A DNA stretch of 64,000 nucleotides from Eledone cirrhosa (taxonomy: Eukaryota). Position numbers and translations under genes: made by a program. Below are positions 41,743-55,084 of the stretch, piece by piece (within the stretch, counting starts at the first letter, position 1; each line of letters starts with the position of its first letter). The stretch spans positions 407,216,001-407,280,000 of the forward strand of contig OZ024741.1 in the NCBI GenBank assembly GCA_964016885.1, in the 5' to 3' direction. Below the pieces are notes generated by a model. The model saw only the letters and a program-made list of their open reading frames with translations, made no database searches and had not been told where the DNA came from.

Positions 41743-43388
41743 GGTGTGTAACGACAGTTACATATTCTGCAACACTGACTTTGATTCTTTTAAATACATA
41801 TATTTATTTGTGTATGTGTGAATGACTGTGTGTATGACTGTGTGTAACACTGGCGTTACTTGAAATAGGAAACTAACAAATAAATCTCTTCCTTCGCATG
41901 TCTTCCGTTTTTCGGTGACAATAGCAATTTCTACGATTATTCGTGGAAGTTGAATGCTTCTTAAAGGAAACTCAGTTGTCTGCTGACGTGTTCACTTAAA
42001 AATTATCTGTACCCAACCTTATCGTCACTACACTTGTCTGTCATAAAACAACAGCCGTCGGCAGAACTTAAGAAAACCATGGGTGAGGGAGAACCCCGAC
42101 TGATGCAGTTACTATGCGTTAAATTACACACGTCATCGATATCAAAGCAGATTTAATCGATGGGACGTTGACTTTCCTAACGAAATTATCCGTGTTCCGT
42201 TCACCAAAGCTATACATTTAAGTTTTAAACAGTAGGAGCACTGTATAATTAACCGCTGTTTTGTTAGATTACAATGCGCAATTTAAATCCTATGAGTTTA
42301 ACATGGAAGTATTCGTCAATCTGATTTTTTCTTGATACATGACATGACGAGAGGGAATACTTGCTTCCAATTTGTTCCGAGACGAATTTGTTAAAGCATA
42401 ATTATGTAGTCAAAAGCTTTAATTGCTAAATTTCAACTTCGACATCTATTTAACTATGCATAACTGTTGTGCTAAAGAGCATTCTATATGATCGGAGTAT
42501 CTGTTATCAAGAAGCTAAATGGTCCTCAAATCTGAGCTTTCTATCGTAAATAAAGGGGAGTACACTTTGGACAAAATAGTCATGGGTATGCAAAGAGAAA
42601 TTAATATTTTTGTAGGGTTCCCAACCATTGTTTACGACCCACATCATTCAATTATTTTCTGAGAATATTGGATTCTCGTAATGATAAGAATAAACAGGAT
42701 TCGTTATAAATATTTATAACAGTGACTGCAATCCATTTGAGTAGCCAGCTCAGATAATTTCATTATAATGAAACATAAACAAAATGGACAGCAATTGCAT
42801 TGAACTTGACTGTCTATAAATCAATATTAACGTGTTCTTCTTCTTCATGAGTCAACCTTACATCGAAAGTGAAGCATTTTGCTTTATGAAATGGCTAGAA
42901 TAAATGCAGCTCGCTATATATTAGCATATTCGTAGATCTCTCCGCTGAAGCAGTTATGCCAACCCAATGCCTCGATCATCAGCGAGGCCATATTGAACAA
43001 GACGTACTGGAAATACGTCTATGACACCACAACGTAGAAGACGATAAACTTCACAGAATGTTTCATATTGACTAAAATATACTTAGAAAATACATGGCGT
43101 TTCATACATTTCCTAATTATATTTCCTCTCTTTTATGAGTTACTGAAACCTTGGAATGTCATTTAAAATGTTCCGCTAGGTGGAATGGCTGTTCCAGCGC
43201 GTCTCGCTCACCGTTCTTCAGTCTGCCGGCCGAAACTCCGAGGCAGACTGACACTTAATTTATATTTATGGTGGTGGCATATGGAATCGATTTATTTCCA
43301 TAAGCATGAGTAGTTTAAGAAACGAAACAAGTGATTATTTTATAAGATATGATCATAGATGTTTCTAACCATTGAAATCGAATAGTTT

Positions 43389-44342
43389 TAATAATAATAA
43401 TAATAATGAAATTATTGTGTACTGTGGTCAGGTGCACTACAATTCATGAAAGGTGCATGCATAGTATATAGAATAATATACAAATGTCAAGGAAGTGAAT
43501 AGTGTATGAGTCATGATATACATGTGTGCGTGTATATGGTGGAGTGTTGGCGAATCTCAGGAAGCATGGAGGCCTTAAAGGATGCAGTGTCTCGACAGCT
43601 AACAACTGATGCAGGTAGTTTGTTCCATGGCGGTTTTAAAGGATGCAGTGTCTCGACAGCTAACAGATGATGCAGGGAGTTTGTTCCATGGAGGCCTTAA
43701 AGGATGTAGTGTCTGGACAGCTAACGACTGAGGCAGGGAGTTTGTTCCATGGAGGCCTTAAAGGATGCAGTGTCTCGACAGCTAACAACTGATGCAGGTA
43801 GTTTGTTCCATGGAGGTTTTAAAGGATGCAGTGTCTGGACAGCTAACAGATGATGCAGGGAGTTTGGTCCATGGAGGTTTTAAAGGATGCAGTGTCTCGA
43901 CAGCTAACAACTGATGCAGGTAGTTTGTTCCGTGGAGGTTTTAAAGGATGCAGTGTCTCGACAACAGCTAACAACTGATGCAGGTAGTTTGTTCCATGCT
44001 TCAGCAACTCTGAGCGTGAAAAAATGTTTCCGAAAGTCATGGGAACTGTGCTGTTTTCTGACTTTGTGGGCATGCCCACGTGTGTTAGACACATGGAAAT
44101 CAAAAAAGTACTCAGGGTTGTTGGCAAGATGGTTAATAATTTTGTGGGTGTTTACCAAGTCAGTTGCCAGACCTCGGAGCTTCAATGTATCCATGCCCAG
44201 GGAAGCAAGGCGTTCAGAGTATGGTAGATGCCTGATGGAGGGTATTCGCTTGGTTGCACGTCTCTGAACAGTTTCCAGACTGTCAATGTTCTAAGCAAGA
44301 TAGGGGTTCCAGACTGGTGATGCAAATTCCAAGTGTGGCCGC
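43389..44342 (-). mobile_element. 5'-truncated CR1-group LINE (ORF2 C-terminus + 3' UTR + (ATT)n tail)
   Basis: Minus-strand translation RPHLEFASPVWNPYLA*NIDSLETVQRRATKRIPSIRHLPYSERLASLGMDTLKLR...TRGHAHKVRK...RKHFFTLRVAEAWNKLPASVV, the typical post-RT region of CR1 elements. It has an in-frame stop and a trinucleotide tail at ~43389-43407. Confidence 0.9.
43565..43998. repeat. 61-bp tandem repeat, 7 copies, inside the CR1 fragment
   Basis: Unit catggaggttttaaaggatgcagtgtctcgacagctaacaactgatgcaggtagtttgttc; the last copy has a 3-bp insertion. Confidence 0.95.
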
Positions 44343-44574
44343 AAAATATTAGCAAAGTACTTTACTTTATTCTATAAAGAAATAGGATTTGCACTAGTTT
44401 CTATAATTATAACAATAGGACAATATTTTGACACGTTATGGGGATCTAGTCGATGGATAACTGTCGCAGGAAATACTGGCTCCACACCCTAATCTATTGA
44501 GATGAAGTATCCTTCAGAAACACATACAGCATCTACATTAATAATGTACTATACAGCTTCTCTTTCTCTTCCGG

Positions 44575-44722
<148 letters not shown>

Positions 44723-44794
44723 CAAATATCACTTAGGCTGGTTGTTGCTTTGTTTGTAGAGGAGTTTTAAAGGACGTTTTAGGAATTTTCCTCT

Positions 44795-44837
<43 letters not shown>

Positions 44838-44838
<1 letters not shown>

Positions 44839-45365
44839 GTAGGTCCCGGGTTGAGTCGGGGATAACCACAGTAAGTAAGGTACTCAATACATGGCAGAGT
44901 AAATTTTTTTTATTTTATAGAAGGAGCTTCTACAGGACTAGTACTGTTTCATTCAGATGAAATCTTCAGGAAGCTGGGTGTCATATTAAGTTCTGGTATT
45001 TATACATTTAGGTAGTGGCAAGGGAGGGGTGGTGGATGGGGGGGGGGTATTTAGATACACAGGACCACTTCATGGCACAGGCCGTTTTTTCTATGGGGAG
45101 TGGTCAATTAGCCAGAGTGCTCTTTTGAAATAAATAAATAAGTAAATAAATAAATAAATAAATGAATAAATAAATAAAATAAATAAAGAAATAAACAAAA
45201 AACAAATAAATAAAAACCCCAAGAATAGTAATTCAACAGATATATAGTAGGGAAATTTAGGTGGGTTGGTAATAGAAATTAAACATTTAACAAGACCGAA
45301 TCATGGCACAGACTGGGGTGAGTGGTCAAGTTAACATACAAGCCACAGGTGGCCAGAGTGTTTTA
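44838..45365 (-). mobile_element. Hammerhead-bearing element ending in (TA)n, Penelope-like terminal fragment
   Basis: On the minus strand the hammerhead is followed by AATAAA, then GTATTGAGTAC, then a (TA)n tract. An internal duplication (tcatggcacag...gccagagtg) lies at ~45070 and ~45300. The right boundary is approximate. Confidence 0.5.
44925..44975 (-). ncRNA. Type I hammerhead ribozyme motif
   Basis: Minus strand reads AGCUUC-CUGAAGA-UUUCAUCUGAAU-GAAA-CAG-UACUAGUC-CUG-UA-GAAGCU. Perfect 6-bp stem I, CUGANGA and GAAA core, stem III CAG/CUG, GUA cleavage triplet. Stem II is weak (U.U first pair, then UUC/GAA). Confidence 0.75.
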
Positions 45366-45404
45366 GTAGGATGGAAAGAATAAAATATATTTACATACTC
45401 ACAA

Positions 45405-45472
45405 CCACATACAAAAACACTTACACACACATATATATATATATACATACATATACATACACACACACATAC

Positions 45473-45503
<31 letters not shown>

Positions 45504-45532
45504 CACCTACACATTCACACACACACACACAC

Positions 45533-45601
<69 letters not shown>

Positions 45602-45752
45602 TGTGTGCGCATACACATACACACACACACACATACATACATACACATATATACATATATACACAGGAAAAACACAAACACACAAATATACACACACACA
45701 GGCATACACATACATATATATATATATATATATCTACACATACACACGCGCG
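45405..45752. repeat. Compound (CA/TA/TG) microsatellite
   Basis: Directly visible; source of six spurious ORFs. Confidence 0.97.
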
Positions 45753-46116
45753 CATACCTGCTAGTTTCACACCGGATTCGGATTATTGTTATTGGTGACA
45801 ATACATATTTACATCGTCTCGTAATCTTACAATACTTTATGGAAAACCCCTTAGAATGGGAAAATATGTAAGTAGTAAGTGTCGGGTAGATGTTTTTGGT
45901 TACATATAAATATTATTTCCTTATTTTACTCACCTATAATATTTACAAAAGCCATAAAAGTACTTGACTCTACTTTCCACTCCTCTCAATATATACAATG
46001 ATTTATTCAGTGAGGCAATATTTACTATTTCCTTATAGATATAGACTAGACATGTTTAGCAGGACTAGCATGAATCAATGGTTACTTTAACGGACACAAT
46101 ACCGCATTATTATGAG

Positions 46117-46303
46117 ATGGGTTGGCAGTATCGGTAGAGGGTCGGACGCCATGCTTAGCAGCATAGAGTTAGGGCCCTTTACGGTATGAGTTCAAATCCC
46201 GTCGAGGTTAACTTTGTCTTTCATCCTTTTAGGGTGGATAAAATAAAGTACCAGTAATACACTGGAATAATTGCTGGCCTTGTGCCAAAAGTAGAAATAA
46301 TTA
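46117..46303 (+). mobile_element. SINE family A, short form
   Basis: A box 46123-46134, B box 46190-46199, core and tail. Confidence 0.9.
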
Positions 46304-49239
46304 TTATGAGCATCAATTCAATTTATATTGTCTTTATTTATTTCCTGTAGCAGTGATCGATAAATAAGCGCCAATATCATAAGAGTGTGCCTTCTATCGA
46401 CAAGCCGCCATCAATCTTCACAAAAATTGGCTTTGTGCCTATTTTGTCATCTATTACCTAGCCCATGCTAAACTACCTACGACATTCTATTATTATTATG
46501 TCTATAAATCCCCGCCTCTTTATTTATTGCATTTGTATATATTTTTCTACTCACAGGAGACAGATACAGTTACACATGTAAGATGATCCAACTTACAATA
46601 TTGCTGCTATTATTATTAATATTATATCATTTATATTTATTAATATTGTCAATACCATTATCATCATAATTTTCATATCACTATCATAATCATGAACATT
46701 ATCATTAAAGTAATTATCATTAGATTTATTATTTTTCCTTGGAATAGGTGCCATATTATTATGGTGAGTTCTCAATGAGTCAGCGATTCTCTTTTCCTTT
46801 TCAATTGAAATAGTTTCATATTCATTTGACATCACATACGTGCTTGGAATAACAAAGATATTTCAAATATTCACTCCCCTCCTGAATATATGTTTACTTC
46901 CGCGATCCATGGACGGCAGAAAGTGTAAAATGATATTGAGTTAAGTTTCTATACATTCTGGGTTCAGAATTAACCAGAGTCGATAAGAAAACGAACAAAC
47001 CTGTTAATAAGTGAATTGCTCATACGTTCTGAGGCCCTCCTTGATTTTATTCTTCCGGGGTCGATAAAATAAAGTAGCAGTCAAGTATTAAGGTCAATTT
47101 AATCAGTATTGTTCCTCTCTCAAATCTGCTAGCTTTGAGCCTAAATTAAAAATCAATAACTGTTCGTAATGGGTGTACTCAGATCGTGCTAAACTATCAA
47201 CTTTTGAATGAAAGATATGAGATTTTGTTGCTATTCTCTATATTAAGATCACGCTGAGATTGATAATGAGTTTCTTTCAACTCTTGAACCAGAATTATCA
47301 GATTTTCCTCTGGTTGAATTCCAAATCTGCACGAATGAGCAAACCTGTAACCAAAACTATTCTAGCTGTAAATAGCGTGTATTCTTTCAAAGATAATCTA
47401 TGTAGAACCTGTTAAACCTGGAGGATGCTATTTCTAATGAGATTTGACTGATATCTGCTGCAGATCAAGCTTCCGTGTAAAGGGTTCCAATACATTGAAA
47501 TAAATCGCTATCTGTCTCTCTTGCTCTTTGTATTTGTCCCGTAACTCCTCTGGGATTCCTAAGGGGTGCCATATTGGCAAATGGCGTTTCTAGGGCATTC
47601 TTTAGCGTGGCAGATTCCATCTCCGCATCAGATCTGAATACAGCAGATGTATTCCAGAGATAGATAGAGAGTGAGAAAATGGAAGTTAGTAAGAGATAGG
47701 GAGGAAGAATCGACCCCAGTAATAGATTGGTACAACTCTTATTGACCATGAATGGATGAAAGGCAAAGTTGATGTCGGTGGGAATTAAACTCAGAGAGCA
47801 GAGAGCTGAAACAAATACTAAAAGTATAATGTCTGACGTTCTAACGATTCTGACAATTCATCACCTCTGAAATAGATACAATCTTCCATATCTTTCAATT
47901 GTCATTGAAAATAATTTGGTCTTGTGCATAACCAAAAGAAGCCCTTTACTGACCGAGTGGTCAATCGATATTATTGTTACTTGAAATAGTTTAGAAATGT
48001 TCATATAGTCTACATATTTATTTTATTTTTTGCAGAAGTACGATATCTGTATTAAACCTCAAAAAGATTGCGTGAATTTGGTATTAACAGGAAAGAGCCA
48101 AACTAGATATTATAAAACTTGTTTCAAATATCTTCAGATTTCAATAATTTTCGGACGCAATTTTATGTCGACCGAGTGTTTAACGTTTAGCGAATTTGTA
48201 CTTTAGAAGAAACTGTTTCGAATAGAATAAACTATTCAGGATGGGTAATTAGACGAAAATATCAGTTTCCTCAAAATATGTAGCACTGTTTTTATGTTAG
48301 AAATAAATATTCTGGTATATAGTTATTGTTCTTGGTTATGTTCTTAACTAGAGGGAAACCTTATATATAAAGGAATAGTTATAAACTATAGCAACTTGGT
48401 AGTCAACGTCTTATATCAAATGATATTATATGTCTTTATCCTAATAGAACATAATATAGCGGACTGTAGTACACACTTTACAGCGTTGAGGAAGGAAAAA
48501 TACATTGGATAATGATGTCTAAATATCCAGTGAATGTTGGAGACCATCTTATGACATCAACATCTCCTGGCTACAGCTTTGTTCCTCGAAGATGGACGAA
48601 TGTTAAGCATCTTCTTGAAGCTTTAATTATGTCTACTGATCTGAATTAATTGTTTAAAAGTTCAACAAAAGCCACAGCGTATTCAAGATTGGAAGGCAAC
48701 AGTCATAAGCCTGTTCGATCATGGCTGATATAGTATTAGACCTTAATATTGAATTCAGTAACACTTTTGTATTATTAAACTTATCTAATTGTATGACACA
48801 CTTAATAAAATAAAGTTGTATCTGAAGTTTCGGATACCAAATATCTCACCTACCCAAACATCATATATGTTCTCGAGAGTGTGAAAGTTGTCCAATTTTA
48901 TATCTTCCCCTCTAGTATCAATATTTGCCTCTATATCTATATTTCAATATAATGGTCATGTTGCTAATGTATCTGGGGATAATATCCTTCATAAACTGGT
49001 TTCGAGTAGAAGACAAGCAACATGGAAACGGCATTATTATCTGAGTTCAAATCCTACGGAGGTTAGATTTGCCTTTCATTCCTAAAAAAAAGTACTGGTG
49101 TCGACCTTATTAACATTCCCCTACCTCAAAATTGTTGTCCTCAGAAACCACTAAGGTAGTGAGGTAGAAAATTAAAAAGACTGTTAAATGCCTCGTGATA
49201 TTTAAATGCAGCTTCATTTATTTGATTTTACCAGGTCAT

Positions 49240-49448
49240 GTGAAGACGTGTGGCTGAGTGGTTAGAGAATTGGATTCACAACCTTGAGGTTGTGAGTTCT
49301 ATTCCTGGACTGAGCGATGCGTTATGTCCTTGAGCAAGGCACTTTATTTCACGTTGCTCCTTCTTCTACCTTGCGACCGATAGATAGTATTAGCAACTGG
49401 AAAGACCGACGAAAACATTGGTTCCTCGGTCTGATTTGACGAAAGTCG
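49240..49448 (+). mobile_element. SINE family B, same subfamily as the 17928 copy
   Basis: Colinear with 17925-18135 including the tail ...tagcaactggaaagacc...ttcctcggtc.gatttgacgaaagtcg. Confidence 0.85.
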
Positions 49449-49469
49449 TTCTATCCTTTTTTTCTTTAC

Positions 49470-49750
49470 CAGGTCATTATCACTCCCAAAGAAGCCCATC
49501 ACTGGACTGCTTCCAGCGACATCGTTCACGGGTCAACCTTGGACATTCTGGTCCCAAATAACGAATGAGGTTGTTCTCCATCTCAATTCTGGTTGTCCTC
49601 TTGGTCCTGTCCGTTCTCGTGAAGACAAGTCTGTCTCTCTGATGGTCGTGGGTAGTGGAATCAGAGCTTCGCGAGACTGTGGGTCCTTGCTTGATGCTGT
49701 CTGCCATGGTCGAGTGAGCGTGCCATACTCGCCAGATTTGGCACTGTGCA
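49470..49750 (-). mobile_element. Possible decayed RTE-type LINE 3' fragment
   Basis: GC-rich island; fragments GPRGQP..RW and LTRER.RW in two frames weakly resemble the RTE C-terminal motifs. Confidence 0.35.
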
Positions 49751-50239
49751 TTATAGACGATAAACGCATATATATATTCACACATATATGCATACACGTG
49801 TATATATACACATTATTGGATGGTCGTTGACTCTCCTAAGTCCATCCTTTAAACGGTTATGTTTTTTTCATCCTGCGGGATGTCCAAAATTCCCCTCCTC
49901 ACGAAACAACTTCGGTGATGTTTCCAGTTTAGTCCCGACAACCCAACCATGGCGACTGAGTTTATCTTTCAATATTCTGTAGTCGGTAAAATAAATAATA
50001 GTTAAATAAATGGACTAATTAATGGTCTGATCCTCTTAACTAATTTCTATCAATGTTTCCATCGTAGCAGTAGTTGTTATATTGTTTTAGGCAGCTGTTT
50101 GTGAAATAGGCGGAGCGAAAGGAATCATCTAATTATGGGGTACATCATTTTACGTTCTGAGTTCATTTCTTATCGAATTTGATATAACAAAGGGACAAGT
50201 ATCGATAGAAGTATTTAGAAACTCGAATCATTTAGAAAC

Positions 50240-50410
50240 TTTGCAGCATAGAGTTACACTCCTTTGAATTCTGAGTTCAAATCCCGTCGAGGTTAGCTTT
50301 GCCTTTCATACTTAGGAGGTCGATGAAATAAAGTACAGGTAACGTACAGGGGTCGATTTCTTCGACTTTGCTCTCCCCAAAATTTGCTGGTTGTTGCCTA
50401 AATCAGAAAT
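50240..50410 (+). mobile_element. SINE family A, long form, 5'-truncated
   Basis: B box, core and tail; a further 3' half lies at ~50962-51057. Confidence 0.8.
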
Positions 50411-53400
50411 CGTTACTATCTCTTCATTAATGGAAGAACTTCAAACGAATTTAAGCTTTGGAACTATTTCATAGCAAATGACCAGAGGCTGCAACGCTCC
50501 ATGAAAATTTAAGTCTCTAAGACACTTCTCAAAATTCTTCCTGTTCTTAACAGGGCTTATAATGTGTATGTTTTTAATTCTATTCCGAGTTTTCCAAATC
50601 AATCCCCTAATTTACCTGACACCATTCCAAGTTTTCCAACTACTACAGGCACTATCTATACTTTTATTATTATTACCATCACCATCTTTATCATCGCCTT
50701 CATTCTTAATTTAGGACAATAGAAAATACGTGTACCAAGTTATATTAAATATCTAATTTTGCCTAAACTTGTTCACTTCATCTACATTTTTCTTTAGTAT
50801 TTACTGTTTGAATTTGCATGTAGAACAAACTGGTAGTACATCAAATATTTCATCATCATTTAACGAACAGTGATTCTTTAACCAACAGAATCATGTGCTC
50901 CAGCATGACCACAATCTAATGACTGAAACCAGTAAAAGGATAAAAGAATGGTGTCTAGTTATTCAACTTTGCCTTTTATCCTTACGGGGTCGATAAAATA
51001 AAGTACCAGTAATGCACTGGTTAATTGCTGGCCTTGTGCCAAAAGTAGGAACAATTATATTTTAAATATAATAAAATATATTTTAGGAAAAGACCCACAA
51101 ATTAAAGGAAATCTTATCAATATGTGCATATATTTTCTTCATTCTCATATTTTCTAAAGTTCAATTCTTATCTCATCTTTGATGTAGATGTCAACCATTC
51201 TCTGTACTCCAGATGCATGTTAGCTCACACCTTTTAGAAAGTGGCACATTATCTCTCTCATTTCCATTCTACGAAAATAGGTCGCATGCCGGCTCTTATA
51301 TTTGGAGAATAGTAGCTTTCTCTTTATTTTCCTCTTGTCATGTCCTTAGATCCCTTCGCCATTGACAAACTATTCAGATCTTTATTAATTCATTCTTCGT
51401 AAAATTCTTTTACGATCATATTCGGTAAAATATCATTTGATAATTTCACTTCTTTTCGGCATATCAAAGTTTTTTAAAATCTATAAATTGAAACAAAGAA
51501 ATTATTTCATTCACTTCTGGCCATCAAAAATAGTTTCTATTCATTTATTTTTCACAATATATCATAAATGTTTTGTGATGTTCATCATATCGAAATTCCG
51601 CGAGGTATACCTGTATGAAAATCTAAAAACTTACAAGTTATATACAAACATTTCAATTCACATTAAATTATATTCTTCGAAAGTATAAAATACAAAAGAA
51701 AATAAATTAAATTGGTTTGAAAATGAAAGAGTATTGACCGGATACTATGTTCGATATGAATTTAGTTTTCTATTCACAGAATCCGATATAGAATATATGC
51801 TTACGGCAAAAACATTGATACCGTTCCATAAAGAAAAGTTTATTATGTAACTTGTCCTCCAAAGATAATCAATGAAGGAAGCAATATAGCTTCATAAAAT
51901 TATTGTAAATAAATTTATAAGATCGATGAAAATGCGATCATTTAAATATATTAAGATATATAAAATTTTCCAGTAAAATATGGAAACGTCAATGGTTAGG
52001 ATCATTGAGTATGCATGGTAATACGTTTCCACCCTCTTAAACCTCTTCAGCATTGTTTATAAAAATGTGAAGAGAAAGAGATACGTAGAATTAATTATGC
52101 ATGTTTTTTTTTTCATTTTTATTCCAATTTTGTAATTTGAATGCATATTTTAACAAAATATTTTAATATTAAGTCCTTGTATCATTGATTTTAGTTGTAA
52201 ACATTACAAAAACAATATGGCAAATACAAAACATTTACTAAAAACAGAGGCATATACACACAGTTACAGATAAACAGATAGAAGCTGAGATACATCTAGT
52301 ATTGAAAGGAGTGCCATTCTCACAATTTTATATATAAGATATCCAATTTGTGAAATATTCTTTGATTCTTATTTATAGGTAATTTGATACGTATGAAATA
52401 GATTAAGCATGATCTACGCATATTTATAGATGAAAACTATCATTTGTAAATATATATATACATACACACATACTCACACATATATATATACGTACATATA
52501 TACGCACACACATATATATATATATATACGTACATGCACACAAACACACACACACATACATATATATATATATGCTTATATATTTCAAAATTTGCCTCAG
52601 TACATTATAGAGTTATAAGAATTTACTATGCATCATGAATATATATTAGCTTCACTTCTTTACTCATGTCCTACTTAGTTTCTTGTCAAAGTTCTCGTGT
52701 CCTTTTATCAGAGATATCTATAGAATATTTTGAATGTCAGATAATTCTAGCGAACTTCAGAAAGAGGTTTTCAGTGAAGGAATGTTACACAACCAGCAAT
52801 TAGGTTGGTCCGGAAACCTGTTATGAATGAAATATCGGAAAGACCAAAATCTAGTGTTTGTTTGTGAGCTTTTACGTGGAAAGAGACCTGAGTAAAATTA
52901 AAGATTTGGCAGTCCCCAGTTTAACTGCGAGAGAAATTCATAAAATATGTAAAGGATCAACATGTTTTGTTTTGTTTTTTACTATGAAATATAGTCTAAG
53001 GAAGGACATAAGAACACCGGAACGGAAAAATGTTTTCTGTTCCTCGTGAGACGCTGGCAACGTTATTCGTTCATAGGATTTTATGCCCATAAAAGGAAAA
53101 GATAAAAATACATAACCGCTGAACATTTCTAAAAATAGCTGAAATAATTGATGTTGGGGTCGATATATTTCGGAAAATCACCCATTCCTCATGTAGAATG
53201 TTAGCAAAATATAGTCATTGATGTCATTCCTATGTTAATGGCAGAAATACCCAACAAAGACATGTGGTACAACACAACGTTGACTCGGGAAAGTTTATGA
53301 AAATATATTGCATATCATGCAGTACATGATATAAGAATGTGGACTAAAACGAAGCGGTTCTACGCCACAGCTGAAAATACATAGTGATAGATATACGTAA

Positions 53401-53494
53401 TGCTGTAGCATTTTTGTTTGTAGCATCTGTCAATAGAAATATATGTATCCGAGCCAGTCATGGTGGTCAGATACAGGAGTACAGTTGTCCTGAA

Positions 53495-53783
53495 TAAAAT
53501 AATGTGTAAGTCAAACATGTTAAAGTTGGCTTCGCTTATTCTAATTCGCTGATATATATATTTCAGTGACAGCCATTATTGGCTGCGACCTCATCGGGCA
53601 GTAAGAATTAAGGCAGAAAAAACAGGAAAACATGATGTTGTAATGTATTCTATCCTGTTAATTCATCGATATGTCCCGCTCCTGGGTGTGTTGTTAGTCC
53701 TCAAAGGAACTGGTATATGTATAGCAGCGAATTAGAATAAACGAAGCGATCTTTAACATATTTGACTTACACATATTATTTTA
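53495..53783. repeat. Imperfect ~57-bp inverted repeat enclosing a degenerate hammerhead-like motif
   Basis: Arms at 53495-53551 and 53725-53783 (tgtgtaagtcaaa...ttattctaattcgctg / cagcgaattagaataa...tttgacttacaca). Confidence 0.8.
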
Positions 53784-54168
53784 CATTACTCCGGAGTGAA
53801 CAAACCAACCTGCGTACTTCGTTGAGTGCTCCAACCTACATACTGAGGTATTGGTAAACAACCAACACATACTCAATATATATATATATATATTCGTGAT
53901 GGACCTTCCCGGCGATTTCGACATATGAAGGTCTAAACAACCTATTCAGTTCATTCAATTTGGATGTCTTTGCTGGGCATGACATTTAAAACCTACTAAA
54001 TAAGTATACAAATCGGACAAGGTTGAGGATTACTAGATAATGTGGGTGGTATATTTAATAAAACCTTTCTCCTTCATTTTGCTTCCTGTAGCCTATGGAA
54101 TCAACCGGACTCGAAGTCCCTGTTTCCATTATTTCATACACACACACACACACACACACACAGATATG

Positions 54169-54210
<42 letters not shown>

Positions 54211-54213
<3 letters not shown>

Positions 54214-54286
54214 GGCGTCGCCCAAAAATTGTATACACATATTTATTAGAATGCTGTTGAAGTGTGTATACATTTTCTGTGATACC

Positions 54287-54289
<3 letters not shown>
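54211..54289. mobile_element. ~80-bp Tc1/mariner-like MITE
   Basis: Imperfect TIRs ...aaaaattgtatacac / gtgtatacattttc...ccc, embedded between (TA)n and (CA)n. Confidence 0.55.
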
Positions 54290-54383
<94 letters not shown>

Positions 54384-54693
54384 AATATGTGTGTGTGAAT
54401 ATGTGTGTGTGTGTGAATACGTATGCATGTATATATATATATATTACTTACAAAGAAAACGGACATAAATTAATACGTTAGATTGATGGCTGTAGTAGGA
54501 AATAATAAATTTCTTTGTATTTGATGTTACAAAGATACTACTCGATATTTAGTCAATAAAGCATCATTACAAAGGTTTCTACCATGAAACTGGATATTGT
54601 CGTTAAATTAATCATTTCACTAATATTGACTGAGTATTTTTAGATATGATTTTTACAAATAAGCTGAACTTGCCTTTTATTCTCTCTTTGCAG

Positions 54694-54789
54694 GACTTGA
54701 ATAACGAAACTATCAACCACTTAGACGCTGAAAATAGAAGACAAACCCTTGAAGAAGAGCTTGAATTCCAGAAGGACTTGCATGCACAG
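54694..54789 (+). CDS. NF70: Intermediate filament exon, end of coil 1b
   Basis: Acceptor tctctctttgcAG, donor GTATAT at 54790. 96 nt, phase 0/0: DLNNETINHLDAENRRQTLEEELEFQKDLHAQ, containing the IF coil-1b motif ENxxQTLxEELxFxK. Confidence 0.95.
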
Positions 54790-54849
54790 GTATATATATC
54801 TCCCATCTTTGAAAATATTCTTTACTTTTAGATAATGGTTTATATGTTG

Positions 54850-55084
54850 ATTCATGTGAACTATAGGTTCATTTGAACTATAGATTTATCTGAACTATAG
54901 GTTCATGTGAACTATAGATTCATCTGAACTATGGATTCGTGTGAACTATAGGTTCATGTAAACTATAGATTCATGTGAACTATAGGTTCATTTGAACTAT
55001 AGGTTCATGTGCATTATAGGTTCATTTGAACTATAGGTTCATGTGACTATAGGTTCATGTGACTATAGGTTCATTTGAACTATA
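54850..55084. repeat. 17-bp minisatellite (tgaactataggttcatg/t), ~13 copies
   Basis: Directly visible; starts ~60 bp after the exon donor at 54790. Confidence 0.93.

Noticed and set aside
43198-43253. Minus-strand CUGAAGA...GAGACGCG plus a 9-bp hairpin cagtctgcc/ggcagactg
   Set aside because: GAAA and NUH are mutated and there is no matching stem I or II; cannot be distinguished from chance.
48115-48142. Minus-strand CUGAAGA-uauuu-GAAAC
   Set aside because: No stem I, II or III pairing; expected by chance in AT-rich DNA.
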